From assembly GCA_038326365.1 (NCBI GenBank), contig JBBQJY010000002.1:17960-81959 (forward strand): DNA of 64,000 bases. The letters run 5' to 3'. Origin of the DNA: Candidatus Curtissbacteria bacterium (GTDB lineage: Bacteria; Patescibacteriota; Microgenomatia; Curtissbacterales; GWA2-41-24). Positions 1-11,480 of this stretch are shown piece by piece. Within the stretch, counting starts at the first letter, position 1, and each line of letters starts with the position of its first letter. Made by a program: the position numbers and the translations under genes. The notes under the pieces were generated by a model. It searched no databases. It was not told the origin of the DNA and saw only the letters and a list, made by a program, of their open reading frames with translations.

Positions 1-1
1 T

Positions 2-325
2 TCAGTATTTAGAAGTACTATTTATCTGTCGCATCTCCTGTATTAGTCGGGGCCGGACAACCAAAAAATTGTATGCAAAATAAATAACAAAAATAGCAGG
101 AATGATAGAAAGCGCAATTAGCACATTTCGATTTGTTTTATTGCGCAAAAACAGCAGAAGGGCCAAAATTACAATAAAAATAACTGGAAAAACATAAACA
201 AAGCTTAGTAAATTACTAAATTCGTCAAACATAAAAGGGGAATAATTTGCAACTACACTCGTTGCAATAAATGCATAAATAAGCGCAAGCGCAATTAAAT
301 AGAATAAATTCAACATGATGTTCAT
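2..325 (-). CDS. hypothetical integral membrane protein
   Basis: The 107-aa ORF is strongly hydrophobic with several predicted TM helices. No recognisable motif. Confidence 0.3.
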   Translation of the reverse strand: MNIMLNLFYLIALALIYAFIATSVVANYSPFMFDEFSNLLSFVYVFPVIFIVILALLLFLRNKTNRNVLIALSIIPAIFVIYFAYNFLVVRPRLIQEMRQINSTSKY

Positions 326-524
326 TGTGAATCTCGCTCTAAATCCTCTTTCTTGAGAATCATGCTCAGCTTAATAGCCTCATAATTCCAAGACTCCTTG
401 TCCTCTCCAGTTGGATTTCTATCTAGCTGTTCTTGTATTCTTTGCCTATCTTCGCGCAAACCTTTGCCCAAAAGCAAAACGCCATTCGCCCAAGATTCTT
501 GTGGGATGTAGTCTTCTTCGCCCA

Positions 525-1544
525 TTATTCTAACGCCGCCAAACCTGGCAATGTTTTTCCAGCCAAAAATTCCAGCATTGCACCTCCACCTGCCGAAACA
601 AACGAAAATTGGCTCAATAGTCCTTGTACCTCCAACATTTGGGTAGTGTCTCCACCTCCTACAACGCTGTATGCTCCACTTTCCAAGATAGCGCGAGCAA
701 CGACAATTGATCCAGTTGTATTCCCACCTTCAAAGTAGCCCATAGGCCCATTCCAAACTACAGTTTTGGCCGTTAAAATAAACCTTGAAAAAGTATGGGC
801 AGATTCCAGATCTATATCCTTATGATCGCTGGTTAACCTAGCAACAAAAACATTTTCAGCAAATTGCTGGCCGTTTTTCTCAATCTCGACTGGCAGTTCA
901 CCACCGACTAAAACATGATGAGAAATTTTGGCAAGATTACTGATTACAGGCAGTTTTGTTTCTATCTTTGCTCCACCCACAATCGAAACAAAAGGCCGTG
1001 CTGGTTGATTCAAAAGCTTATTCATGACTCTCACTTCTTCTTCTAAGTGCAAACCGGCACCGTGTGGCAAAAGTGATGGCAAAGAAACCATAGACGCATG
1101 TTCTCTGTGCGAATTTCCAAAGGCCTCGTTTACATAAACATCGGCAAATTTTGCCAATCGATTAGCAAAATCAACATCATTTTTTGCCTCCCCTTCCCAA
1201 AACCTAAGATTCTCAAAAAGAACAATTTCTCCTTCAACTAAATCGTCTAAATCCTCGTTGAAAACTATCTCTTTGCCTAAAATTTTGTTGAGTGCGTCGA
1301 CTAAATGTTTGGTAGATTTGGCCGGATCTGGCCCCTCTGGTCGGTCAATATGCCCAGCAATTACGATTTGCTTAGCCCCTTTGCGAAATAAAAAATCGAC
1401 ACTTGCTTTTAAATTTGTAAGACGCGTTGCCGTTTCGCTATCCAACCTGTTGTGGACTTGCTCTAGCCCCTCTAGCGGAACATCCAAATCCGCTCGCACA
1501 AAAACCCGTTTTCCAGAAACATCTAAATCATGGAGTAATTTCAA
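525..1544 (-). CDS. pgk: phosphoglycerate kinase, short form (339 aa)
   Basis: The N-terminus 'DLDVSGKRVFVRADLDVPL' and the C-terminal 'GGGAMLEFLAGKTLPGLAALE' match the conserved PGK N- and C-terminal signatures. Confidence 0.8.
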   Translation of the reverse strand: MKLLHDLDVSGKRVFVRADLDVPLEGLEQVHNRLDSETATRLTNLKASVDFLFRKGAKQIVIAGHIDRPEGPDPAKSTKHLVDALNKILGKEIVFNEDLDDLVEGEIVLFENLRFWEGEAKNDVDFANRLAKFADVYVNEAFGNSHREHASMVSLPSLLPHGAGLHLEEEVRVMNKLLNQPARPFVSIVGGAKIETKLPVISNLAKISHHVLVGGELPVEIEKNGQQFAENVFVARLTSDHKDIDLESAHTFSRFILTAKTVVWNGPMGYFEGGNTTGSIVVARAILESGAYSVVGGGDTTQMLEVQGLLSQFSFVSAGGGAMLEFLAGKTLPGLAALE

Positions 1545-1558
1545 CTTAACTTAATTAT

Positions 1559-2881
1559 CTAAAATTCAGGCAATTTCCACAATGTCCGCGCTTCCCCTAC
1601 CAAATAAAGTGAGCCCGTCACCAAAACAATTTCATCTTTTTGCATGTTTGAAATTGCCCGATAAACCGCCTCCTGAGAATTACCAACGCACGTTGTTTCG
1701 TTGTTCCGTTGTTTCACCGGTGCGTTCACTCGATCGTTGTAATTTTTTATCTCAAGCGCGGTAACAGCCGACCTTTTTCCCATATCTGTTGTTGCACAAT
1801 AACTTGTCGCAATGACTTTGTTAATCGGCAAACTTTTTAAAAGAAGCCCGATCATCTTTTGCCAGTTTTTACCTTTTTTAAAAGCCAACACTAAAGTTAT
1901 TTTTTTATCAAAATAATTTTTATTGATAAATTCAACCAAAGTCTTAATCTTATCCTCGTTGTGCGCTCCGTCCAAAATAACGCCTCTGTCAATTTGTTCA
2001 AAGCGCCCGGAAAAACCGACAGAAAAAGCTTTTTTCACCGCGGCGGAATCCAAAGTAACCCCAAGGCTAAGTACGGTAACCAGAGCCAGATTTTTGTTCT
2101 GAGATGCGAACGCCTCACCCATAGATCTTAGTGATAGATACTCTTTGTTTATGGATCTTTTTATATCAGTTTTAAGAGCACCTTTTTTATTTAGAGTATT
2201 AAAGTTGATCAACATAGCTTTTCTCTCTTTTGCGACCCTTTTTAGTACACCCAAGGCGTTCACAGTCGCTGCTGTCACAACTGGGGTTTTTTCTTTAATT
2301 ATCCCTCCTTTTTCCCATGCAATTTTTTCGATTGTGTCGCCCAAAATTTCCATATGGTCTAAACCAACATTTGTTATTACCGATATTTTTGGTCGCAGAA
2401 CGTTTGTGGCATCAAGCCTTCCTCCAAGTCCAACTTCCACAATGGCCCAATCAACTTTTTCTTCTGCAAAGTACAAAAAGGACAGAGCTACTAATATTTC
2501 AAAATAACTGGGTGTTAAATGAGGCTGTGCGCCTGCAATATCGCCTACAACGGGCTTAATCGAATTAACTAGACGAACTAGTCGTTTAACGGGAATATTC
2601 TTGCCATTAATTTGCATCCGCTCACCGATGTAAATTAGGTGCGGAGAAATATGCAATCCAATTTTAAAACCCCTGCTCGCCAAAAGTCTGGAAATGTAAA
2701 ACGAGGTACTACCTTTGCCAGCCGTTCCGCCGACATGAATACTTTTGAATTTTTTTTCTGGATTACCTAATTTATTTAGAAGATTTTCAATCCTCGCCAG
2801 ACCCAACTCTTCTTTGCCGTAAACTAAAGGAATGAAATCCTCAAGCCAAGCACGGGCAGCGACGTAATCTTTAAAAATCAT
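1559..2881 (-). CDS. folC: folylpolyglutamate synthase / dihydrofolate synthase (Mur ligase family)
   Basis: A P-loop 'GTAGKGSTSFYISRLL' followed by 'VITNVGLDHMEILGDTIEKIAWEKGGIIK' is the typical FolC/Mur-ligase core. Confidence 0.75.
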   Translation of the reverse strand: MIFKDYVAARAWLEDFIPLVYGKEELGLARIENLLNKLGNPEKKFKSIHVGGTAGKGSTSFYISRLLASRGFKIGLHISPHLIYIGERMQINGKNIPVKRLVRLVNSIKPVVGDIAGAQPHLTPSYFEILVALSFLYFAEEKVDWAIVEVGLGGRLDATNVLRPKISVITNVGLDHMEILGDTIEKIAWEKGGIIKEKTPVVTAATVNALGVLKRVAKERKAMLINFNTLNKKGALKTDIKRSINKEYLSLRSMGEAFASQNKNLALVTVLSLGVTLDSAAVKKAFSVGFSGRFEQIDRGVILDGAHNEDKIKTLVEFINKNYFDKKITLVLAFKKGKNWQKMIGLLLKSLPINKVIATSYCATTDMGKRSAVTALEIKNYNDRVNAPVKQRNNETTCVGNSQEAVYRAISNMQKDEIVLVTGSLYLVGEARTLWKLPEF

Positions 2882-2899
2882 TTATCGAGAATTTTACTC

Positions 2900-3463
2900 T
2901 CAAGAAGATTCTGCCTCAACATTAACTCTTTTTGTTTTTAGAAGGTGCACTCGCGCCTGGGAAGCTGCCCAAGCGATTACTTGATAATCACCTGCAAGTC
3001 CAAGTCCTTTCTTCATATTTAAAAACTTTTCGTTATACTCTTCTGCCTTAATATGAAATTCGTTCATAACCTCGGCAACAGAACATCCAAAACATCTTCT
3101 GGAAAGCAATTCTCGTTCCAATGGCTCCAGTTCAGTTTGTCTAGTCGAATATTCTGGCTGCTCAATCCAATTCCCCAAAATAGACAAAGACAAGGCTTTT
3201 GCTAAATTATCGTTACCAGCTCCCCTATAAATCGATTGCACTTTTTCGGCAATATCCCGCTTACGCTTCTTGAAGGTAAGATAACCTATTCTCAATTCGC
3301 TTGCAATATTTTTTTCAGAATCAAATCCATCTCGCAAAGCCCTCAACAAGTTAAGCTCAGCTGCCGTAAAAGGGCAAGGAAATTTCTCCGCAACCAAGTC
3401 AACTCCATTTAATAGTTCCGATTGTGGCGAATACTTTCTTCGGTTTCCTTCTTCCGGGCTCAT
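2900..3463 (-). CDS. LuxR-type HTH domain protein
   Basis: The segment 'LNLLRALRDGFDSEKNIASELRIGYLTFKKRKRDIAEKV' resembles a LuxR/FixJ C-terminal HTH. Confidence 0.35.
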   Translation of the reverse strand: MSPEEGNRRKYSPQSELLNGVDLVAEKFPCPFTAAELNLLRALRDGFDSEKNIASELRIGYLTFKKRKRDIAEKVQSIYRGAGNDNLAKALSLSILGNWIEQPEYSTRQTELEPLERELLSRRCFGCSVAEVMNEFHIKAEEYNEKFLNMKKGLGLAGDYQVIAWAASQARVHLLKTKRVNVEAESS

Positions 3464-3522
3464 ACAGGCAGAGAATTAAACTACTTTTGGACAAAATATA
3501 CAACTTTAATTGAAGATTAATT

Positions 3523-4242
3523 CTACTTTTCTAGCGCGATAAGCTCCAAAAGAGTTCTTCCAATAAGCTCATACTTAGGTCCTACTCCCAATTTTGCTCG
3601 AGCTCGATTCAACATTGTGCTTGCTGTAGCTTTAGAATTATCCATCTCTTTTGAAATTTGCGCCATCGAAAGCCCCATACAAAAATATGTCACAGCACGA
3701 GATTCACCCAAACTTAGCATCGACCTAGGTTCCCCTTGAATTAAACTCGTATCCAGTAAATCGTTTTTAAGCGCAATATTTATCGCCTTTGCCATACCCG
3801 CTCTCACCCCATCAGCGGCCACATACTCTGGCAAGATACTGTCCTTTCGGTCTATTCTCTTACTGCCTATTTTTCTAAGAGATTTCCCAACATTGGACGA
3901 ATCAATTTCAACTGCCCGAGAAATCTCAAATATTCTGAGGCCAGCATCTTTAAGAAATGCAACCATACCCTCTTGCGCAGTCAAAAAATTTTCAGATACA
4001 AATGGTAATCTTTTAGCATTTTGGATAGTTTCGTGCAAAGACTCGTCAGCGCTCATCTTACAAACCAGCTCATTTCTCAAAATGTTCACGTCCCTTGAAA
4101 GAACCAATTGTGTTTGCACCCCGGTCCATCCCGAGATTGCACATTGCAAAAAAACCACGTCCTGCCGATCCAATAAATCCTGCCCTATTTCGGCCTCTTC
4201 AAAAATAAGTGATCTTTCTAGCACAAACAGATATTTTATCAA
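3523..4242 (-). CDS. LuxR / sigma-70 region-4-like HTH regulator
   Basis: The C-terminal 'SRAVTYFCMGLSMAQISKEMDNSKATASTMLNRARAKLGV' is a LuxR-type HTH. Confidence 0.4.
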   Translation of the reverse strand: MIKYLFVLERSLIFEEAEIGQDLLDRQDVVFLQCAISGWTGVQTQLVLSRDVNILRNELVCKMSADESLHETIQNAKRLPFVSENFLTAQEGMVAFLKDAGLRIFEISRAVEIDSSNVGKSLRKIGSKRIDRKDSILPEYVAADGVRAGMAKAINIALKNDLLDTSLIQGEPRSMLSLGESRAVTYFCMGLSMAQISKEMDNSKATASTMLNRARAKLGVGPKYELIGRTLLELIALEK

Positions 4243-4290
4243 TTGTTCAACTAAATTGATATGCTTCCTAGCTTCTGCTAAATTTAAGTA

Positions 4291-6720
4291 GTGGAAAATC
4301 TGCCCATTCCAAAAAACAGTAAACCTGAAGTTTACGAAAATTTTCTAAGCTATCACTTCGGCTACGCTTGGCCAACATTCGTAAAAACTCGCCCAGTACA
4401 TATCGTGTCTGTAATGGCCAATTTCAACATTGGCGGACTTCTTCAGCATCTTTTTTCTCCATACAAAAGGATGGTCTTAAGCGGCAAAACCTCCTTTACC
4501 GATAGACTTTCTTTTAACTTAATTTCAAGTATCGTGGGCGCAATGGTCAGGCTTGGCCTCATTATTGCCGGCTTTCTGGTCACAATATTTTTTATCGTTT
4601 TTGATGCCTTGGCAATAATGCTTTATCTCATTTTTCCAGCTCTTTCCTACATGGATTTTCAAAAAAAGCAACAATCAAAAATTACTTCAAAAGACCTACA
4701 ATCTACAGCTTCTTTGGTCAAAAAACTTTCCTCAACAAGTATTTGCTACCATCTCACTACTTTTTTCGACGAGGAATTTAAGAACCTCTTTACTAAACTT
4801 CCAGACGCAAAAACACTAGGCATTACTGCCGGGCAAAAAAGCTATGAACCATTCCTTGCTCTTGTTGGCACTTGGCCTGATCTAAAAAATTATCTTGCTG
4901 TTAAAAGTATTAAGGAAGCTGACTTCAAAACTCTTGTTACGTATCTGAACGAATATCTAAATAGCGCCCAAACAGTCAGACCAAAACCACTGGGTCAAAT
5001 GCTTATTTACGGCTACACCAATACCCTAGAGCACTTTGGTACCGAACTCACCGCTCAATCTTTTGCACCGACTCACGGAAGAAAAGAACTCTTGACGTCT
5101 ATTCAAAAAACCCTTACTCGAGTCCAAAGCAATAATGTACTTCTGGTTGGAGACCCAGGTGTCGGTAAGCATTCCACGCTAGAATCCTTAGCCTCAGGCA
5201 TCAACCGACTTGAACTACCAACACTTGCCGACAAACGGTTAATTCTCCTGGATGTGGTTGCTCTTTTGGCATCAAGCAAAAACGCAGCAGAGGTTAAGGG
5301 TAGTTTTGAATCCCTACTACAAGAAGCCAAACGTGCAGGCAATATTATTTTGGCAATAGACGAAATCGACAGAATAACAACCAGCGCCGACGGTCGAATA
5401 GACTTAACTGAGGTAGTCACAACAATTCTTACCGACAACTCACTACCTATAATCGGTCTGGCAACTATCGACAATTTCAATGCATATATTCGCCCCAATG
5501 CCAATATGACATCACTTTTTGAAAGGATAGATGTGGATGAACCAACACACGACGAACTTCTGACAATTTTGGTGGGCAAAACACTAGACATTCAGAAACA
5601 AGAAAAAACGGAAGTTAGCTTAGTGGCCATTTTAGAAATAATGGACAAAAGCGATTCGTTAATGGCTGACAAAAAGCAACCAGAAAAATCGATATTAATC
5701 CTCGAAGATGGCATCGCCGAAGCAAAAAACCGAAGAATAAAACAATTAGACCTGGCAACAGTCGACATAGTTCTTTCCGAAAAAACAAAAACACCGGTTG
5801 GCAAAATAACAGAAAGTGAAGCGCAAAAATTGACCAACTTGGAAACTATTTTGCACCAGAGAATAGTCGGCCAAAACGAAGCAGTCGAAGAAATTTCCCG
5901 CGCGATGCGCCGAGCACGGGCCGAGCTCGAAAAAACAGCTCGCCCCATGGGATCATTCTTATTTTTGGGTCCAACAGGTGTTGGAAAAACTGAAACTGCC
6001 AAAGCTCTCGCTGAGGCTTATTTTGGCAATGAAAATAGAATGGTCAGACTCGACATGACCGAATTTCAAGGCAGCGACGCCATGAGCAGATTAATTGGTA
6101 ATCCCGAAACCAAAACCCAAGGCCAATTCGCCACAAAACTGCGCGAACAACCCTTTGGCTTGGTGCTAGTCGATGAGTTTGAAAAAGCAGGCCACGATGT
6201 CCAGAATCTTTTCTTGCAAATTTTAGATGAGGGCAATCTAACTGATGCTTTTGGCAAAAAAGTAAGCTTCAAAAATACTATTGTTATCGCAACCAGTAAT
6301 GCCGCAGCTGAATATATTCGCGAAGAAGTCGACAAAAATCCCACAGGCTCGGACTTACCCAAAAAATTAACAGACTATGTTCTTTCAAAAGGCCTATTTT
6401 CTCCAGAGCTGATTAATCGCTTTGACGCCGTTGTAATCTACAAGCCGCTCAAATCAGAAGAAATTGTCCAAGTAGCCTATCTTATGCTCCAAAGTCTGGC
6501 AAAAAGCCTCCGAGAAAATAAAAATATTAACTTAGAAATAACACCGGACCTTGCAAGTGCCGTTGCCCGAGCAGGATTCGTTGTAGCCTTTGGAGCAAGG
6601 CCAATTAGAAGACTGATCCAGGACAAGTTGGAAGACAATATTGCCAAACTCTTAATTTCCGGCCAAGTAAAAAACGGTGATTCTGTCAGCTCTCAGTCTT
6701 TAATTAGTTTTTTAAAGTGA
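4291..6720 (+). CDS. membrane-anchored Clp/Hsp100-family double AAA+ ATPase (ClpC/ClpB-like, N-domain absent)
   Basis: N-terminal TM helices are followed by a D1 module with 'LLVGDPGVGKHS' and Walker B 'ILAIDEID'. The D2 module has a canonical 'FLGPTGVGKTETAKALAE', Walker B 'LVLVDEFEKAGHD' and sensor 'IVIATSNA'. The true start may lie downstream of 4291. Confidence 0.65.
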   Translation: MENLPIPKNSKPEVYENFLSYHFGYAWPTFVKTRPVHIVSVMANFNIGGLLQHLFSPYKRMVLSGKTSFTDRLSFNLISSIVGAMVRLGLIIAGFLVTIFFIVFDALAIMLYLIFPALSYMDFQKKQQSKITSKDLQSTASLVKKLSSTSICYHLTTFFDEEFKNLFTKLPDAKTLGITAGQKSYEPFLALVGTWPDLKNYLAVKSIKEADFKTLVTYLNEYLNSAQTVRPKPLGQMLIYGYTNTLEHFGTELTAQSFAPTHGRKELLTSIQKTLTRVQSNNVLLVGDPGVGKHSTLESLASGINRLELPTLADKRLILLDVVALLASSKNAAEVKGSFESLLQEAKRAGNIILAIDEIDRITTSADGRIDLTEVVTTILTDNSLPIIGLATIDNFNAYIRPNANMTSLFERIDVDEPTHDELLTILVGKTLDIQKQEKTEVSLVAILEIMDKSDSLMADKKQPEKSILILEDGIAEAKNRRIKQLDLATVDIVLSEKTKTPVGKITESEAQKLTNLETILHQRIVGQNEAVEEISRAMRRARAELEKTARPMGSFLFLGPTGVGKTETAKALAEAYFGNENRMVRLDMTEFQGSDAMSRLIGNPETKTQGQFATKLREQPFGLVLVDEFEKAGHDVQNLFLQILDEGNLTDAFGKKVSFKNTIVIATSNAAAEYIREEVDKNPTGSDLPKKLTDYVLSKGLFSPELINRFDAVVIYKPLKSEEIVQVAYLMLQSLAKSLRENKNINLEITPDLASAVARAGFVVAFGARPIRRLIQDKLEDNIAKLLISGQVKNGDSVSSQSLISFLK

Positions 6721-6804
6721 GACGATAAAAGCATAAAAAAGTAATTGGTAATTTGACTCAATGTTCTTCTACAAATGTATTTATAATTTTCCCGGAGCTT
6801 GTAG

Positions 6805-7254
6805 TTAAAAAACCATAACTTGAGTACCCAAGTCTGCCCAATTAAATAACCACTGACTTGCGCTTACCGGCACATTGACACAGCCATGAGTAACTTTTAT
6901 TCCAAATTTATTATGCCAATATGCTCCGTGAATCGCGTAACCTTGATAAAAATACATTACATTTGGCACATTTTTTATAAAATATGGCTCATAAGGGGGA
7001 TAGTTTCCCTTCATATCTTGCAGTGCATATTTGCGTTGGACAGAAAAAGTACCACGCACAGTCGGTGTGTAGTACATACCAGTAGAAGCCTTGGTAGAAA
7101 AAACAACTTTTCCCCCCTGCCAGGCATATAGCATTTGCTTGCCAATATCCACTGTTATTAGCTTTTTGTCAGTACTTATACTCTGCGCCTGAACACTAAC
7201 TGTTGAAAGTACAAAAATAAGACAGAAAAAAATGGCAGCCAATAACTTTCGCAC
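6805..7254 (-). CDS. L,D-transpeptidase (YkuD fold), secreted
   Basis: The ORF has a signal peptide and a catalytic 'HGAYWHNKFGIKVTHGCVNV' (H…SHGC) motif. Confidence 0.7.
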   Translation of the reverse strand: MRKLLAAIFFCLIFVLSTVSVQAQSISTDKKLITVDIGKQMLYAWQGGKVVFSTKASTGMYYTPTVRGTFSVQRKYALQDMKGNYPPYEPYFIKNVPNVMYFYQGYAIHGAYWHNKFGIKVTHGCVNVPVSASQWLFNWADLGTQVMVF

Positions 7255-7325
7255 ACTAGTTTAACAGTAACATTTCAGAAGATAATAGAAAAGAAACTTT
7301 TTTTTAGGTATAATCTGGAAGCTTC

Positions 7326-7399
7326 GGGCGCGTAGCTCAGCTGGTTAGAGCGTTACACTGATAATGTAAAGGTCCCAGGTTCGAATCCTGGCGCGCCCA
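7326..7399 (+). tRNA. tRNA-Ile (anticodon GAT)
   Basis: A cloverleaf 'GGGCGCGTAGCTCAGCTGGTTAGAGCG…CTGATAA…GGTTCGAATCC…GCGCGCCCA' can be read directly. The anticodon loop 'CTGATAA' gives GAT. Confidence 0.85.
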
Positions 7400-7419
7400 C
7401 TTCAAAAACTTTCATAATG

Positions 7420-7491
7420 AGGCGCAGAGGGGAATCGAACCCCTGCATAGCCGTTTTGCAGACGGCCGCGTTACCTCTTCGCCACTGCGCC
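7420..7491 (-). tRNA. tRNA-Cys (anticodon GCA)
   Basis: The reverse complement reads 'GGCGCAGTGGCGAAGAGGTAACGC…TCTGCAAAA…GGTTCGATTCCCCTCTGCGCC'. The anticodon loop 'CTGCAAA' gives GCA. CCA is not encoded. Confidence 0.8.
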
Positions 7492-7503
7492 AAATATATC
7501 CTC

Positions 7504-7689
7504 TTATGCGACTTTTGCTTGCTGTTTTCTATTTTTAAACCAAGAAATCCCTACCCCACCCCCAGCAGAAGCGAGTCCCAATTCAACTATTAAGCCAATT
7601 CCAAATCCAGCTCCAATAATTGCCCCAATTAATCCACCCCACTTTAATTTTTTATCAAGATTTGATTCTCTCTTTTCTCTCTCTGACAT
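7504..7689 (-). CDS. small hypothetical membrane protein (61 aa)
   Basis: The ORF encodes one Gly-rich TM helix. No motif. Confidence 0.2.
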   Translation of the reverse strand: MSEREKRESNLDKKLKWGGLIGAIIGAGFGIGLIVELGLASAGGGVGISWFKNRKQQAKVA

Positions 7690-7779
7690 GGGCCAATTCT
7701 ATCAAATCATCAACCTCCTATCAAAGGCAAAAAGAAATTTCACCTTTTCAAATGGTATAATTAATTAGAAAACCTGAGA

Positions 7780-8385
7780 ATGAAGATTATCGCCCACGGC
7801 GTAAAAGATCACAAAACTGCCAAAATGGCCCTCAAAAAAGGTGTAGACTTCGTAGAAATCGACGTCAGCAAGCGAATATTTTTCCCAAAATTTACAACTC
7901 AGCACAATGGCCTATTCGGACTCGCCGGCTGGGGACCAATTCTGGAGCGCGTTCTAACCGCTGAGGTCAGAACCAGGGCATTTTTAGACCTTAAACCTGT
8001 GAGTTACCGCGCAAGCTTTGCATACAGGTTTTCAGATCTTCTTCTAAAGCTCAAATTAGACGACGCCAAGCTCTGTGGTCACAATTGGGAAACAATTTCC
8101 GAACTTGCCTACAAAAATAACGCAAAACCTTACTACACCTTAAGAAACATGGAAAGCGTTTACAAATTTAGAAGAGTTGTTGCTCGTCTCAAAAAACCAG
8201 CAGGCTTCTCTGTCCACCACAAACTAATAAATCGCGAATTCATGAAGGAATTCAAAGATAAATCAACAGAAATTTGGACCTACACCATAGACGATGCTGC
8301 CGAAGCACAAAGATTACTGACACTCGGCGTGGATGGAATAATATCGAATAATTGGGAAAATTTGCTTCAGTTTAAGAAAGCTTAA
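7780..8385 (+). CDS. glycerophosphodiester phosphodiesterase-like (GDPD/GP-PDE family)
   Basis: The N-terminal 'IIAHG…VDFVEIDV' and C-terminal 'LGVDGIISNNWENL' resemble the GP-PDE TIM-barrel signatures. Confidence 0.5.
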   Translation: MKIIAHGVKDHKTAKMALKKGVDFVEIDVSKRIFFPKFTTQHNGLFGLAGWGPILERVLTAEVRTRAFLDLKPVSYRASFAYRFSDLLLKLKLDDAKLCGHNWETISELAYKNNAKPYYTLRNMESVYKFRRVVARLKKPAGFSVHHKLINREFMKEFKDKSTEIWTYTIDDAAEAQRLLTLGVDGIISNNWENLLQFKKA

Positions 8386-8565
8386 ATAAAGCTTTAAATC
8401 CTCAAAAGTGGTACCCGTATAAATCTTAGAGAACGTCTTATTAAGGAAGACAACTCCTGAAGATTTTACGATTCAACAATCGCACTTTCGGCACGTGAGA
8501 GCCGAAAAATTCATTGGATTACAAATAACTAAAAATTAGCTAAATGTAACCGTAATTCTCCTTAG

Positions 8566-10015
<1,450 letters not shown>

Positions 10016-10349
10016 AAGTTCAATCTTACTCTTTTACTGCGCTCAATCTTCATAAAGAAAATTAAGCGGAGTTATATTTAAAAACTCTAAGGATCTATAT
10101 TTGACCAAATTCGAAATTGAACATGGTTTGGGTACCACTTTTCAGAATTTAAAAAACTGAAAAGCAGTATAAATTTAACTTTTCAGTTGTTAAGGTACAA
10201 AAAAACCAAAACTTGGATATTTTGGTTGTACAAAAATCTCACAAGTTTTTTAGATGGCTTTTCCAGGCCACCACCCGCAAGATAATCTTGGGGCGAAAAG
10301 TATTCTACAAACATTGACTCTTGTTGTCAATCCATTTACCCTTAACTTA

Positions 10350-10904
10350 ATGCCCAAAGATAAAGATGGTTTCACCCTTGTCGAACTTCTAATTGTAATC
10401 GTACTTCTTGGAATTTTATCCAGCTTTGTAGCAACCGGTGTAATCAGCGCCCAAAGAAAAGGCCGCGACGCACAAAGAAAACATGACCTGACTGTTTTTA
10501 AAAAAGTAATGGAACAAGCAAGAAATGACTGCACCGGGGCTGCATATTATCCTAATGCTTCCTCGGGAGTGGAAACTACTCGCTTTTTTCAATTAGCGGA
10601 TACGTCTGGCTGGCTTGTTACTAATAATTATCTGCAAGGAAAATTGGTTGATCCTATTAACTCTGGTGGATATGGATACAAATACGACCAAAATACCCTA
10701 CCATCCGTCGCAGCCAACGTTTGCACAAACTCGTCAAGTGGAAAACAAGCTTTTGTTGCAAGGGCTCTTCTCGAGAATACTAAGGACCCAGAAGCGAATA
10801 AATCGCGTATTAGCTGTTCGAATATAATTGCCGTTAGCAACTTCACCAACCCCCAACCAGCATCTAATGATGGAAATTATTACGTTTGCTCCGAACCAAA
10901 ATGA
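10350..10904 (+). CDS. type IV pilin / pseudopilin-like protein 1 (class III signal peptide)
   Basis: 'MPKDKDG|FTLVELLIVIVLLGILS' is a prepilin N-methylation motif with Glu+5 and a hydrophobic helix. It is followed by 'QRKGRDAQRKHDL' and conserved Cys pairs. The upstream part of listed ORF 10254 is probably not translated. Confidence 0.7.
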   Translation: MPKDKDGFTLVELLIVIVLLGILSSFVATGVISAQRKGRDAQRKHDLTVFKKVMEQARNDCTGAAYYPNASSGVETTRFFQLADTSGWLVTNNYLQGKLVDPINSGGYGYKYDQNTLPSVAANVCTNSSSGKQAFVARALLENTKDPEANKSRISCSNIIAVSNFTNPQPASNDGNYYVCSEPK

Positions 10905-11443
10905 AAAATAATAAAGGCTTCAGTTTAATAGAACTTCTAGTCGTAGTTGCTTTAATCGGCATACTTTCGGCAGTTGGCATCGGCACATTCCAATCTGCAC
11001 AAAGAAAAGGGCGCGACGCACAAAGAAAAAACGACTTAAGCCAGATTAAAAAAACTCTTATAGCCGCCCGTTCAGATTGCAAAGGAGGCAATTTTCCAAT
11101 CGGAACTTCCACAACCCCAGAAGATACAGCTTATACAGCCCTTACAACTTATCTTGTTTCACAAAATTATCTAAAAGCCGCTTTAATCGACCCAAAAAAT
11201 AATAATCCCTATGTGTATGGTCTAACCGTTCCCTCTTCGACTGCACAGGTTTGTCCCGACACGACAACAACTTATAACGAGGATGGCACCACAGCATTTG
11301 TATTAAGATCTCCTCTTGAACAAGGAACAAATGATCCTCAAGCTGGCGCATCTTTTACACGTTGCTCAAACATTATCGCAACAACAGCCTTAAATGGAAC
11401 GGCTTCCGCAATTGATGGTTATTACTACGTTTGCAGTAATTAA
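10901..11443 (+). CDS. type IV pilin-like protein 2
   Basis: 'MKNNKG|FSLIELLVVVALIGILS…QRKGRDAQRKNDL' and a C-terminal '…DGYYYVCSN' mark it as a paralog. Its start overlaps the pilin-1 stop by 4 nt (ATGA). Confidence 0.7.
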   Translation: MKNNKGFSLIELLVVVALIGILSAVGIGTFQSAQRKGRDAQRKNDLSQIKKTLIAARSDCKGGNFPIGTSTTPEDTAYTALTTYLVSQNYLKAALIDPKNNNPYVYGLTVPSSTAQVCPDTTTTYNEDGTTAFVLRSPLEQGTNDPQAGASFTRCSNIIATTALNGTASAIDGYYYVCSN

Positions 11444-11480
11444 GTTGACAAATAACCCACCCCGTTCGACAATTAAACCA

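Noticed and set aside
5103-6362. Antisense ORFs 5103-5591, 5592-6002 and 6066-6362 within the Clp-like gene
   Set aside because: They have no motifs and Ser/Ala/Arg-rich low-complexity products, and they overlap a well-supported sense gene.
10250-11112. Minus-strand ORFs 10250-10534 and 10864-11112 sharing a 'FLCASRPFL' motif
   Set aside because: They are antisense to the conserved 'QRKGRDAQRK' block of pilin genes 1 and 2. The shared motif is the mirror image of the pilin conservation and does not indicate independent genes.
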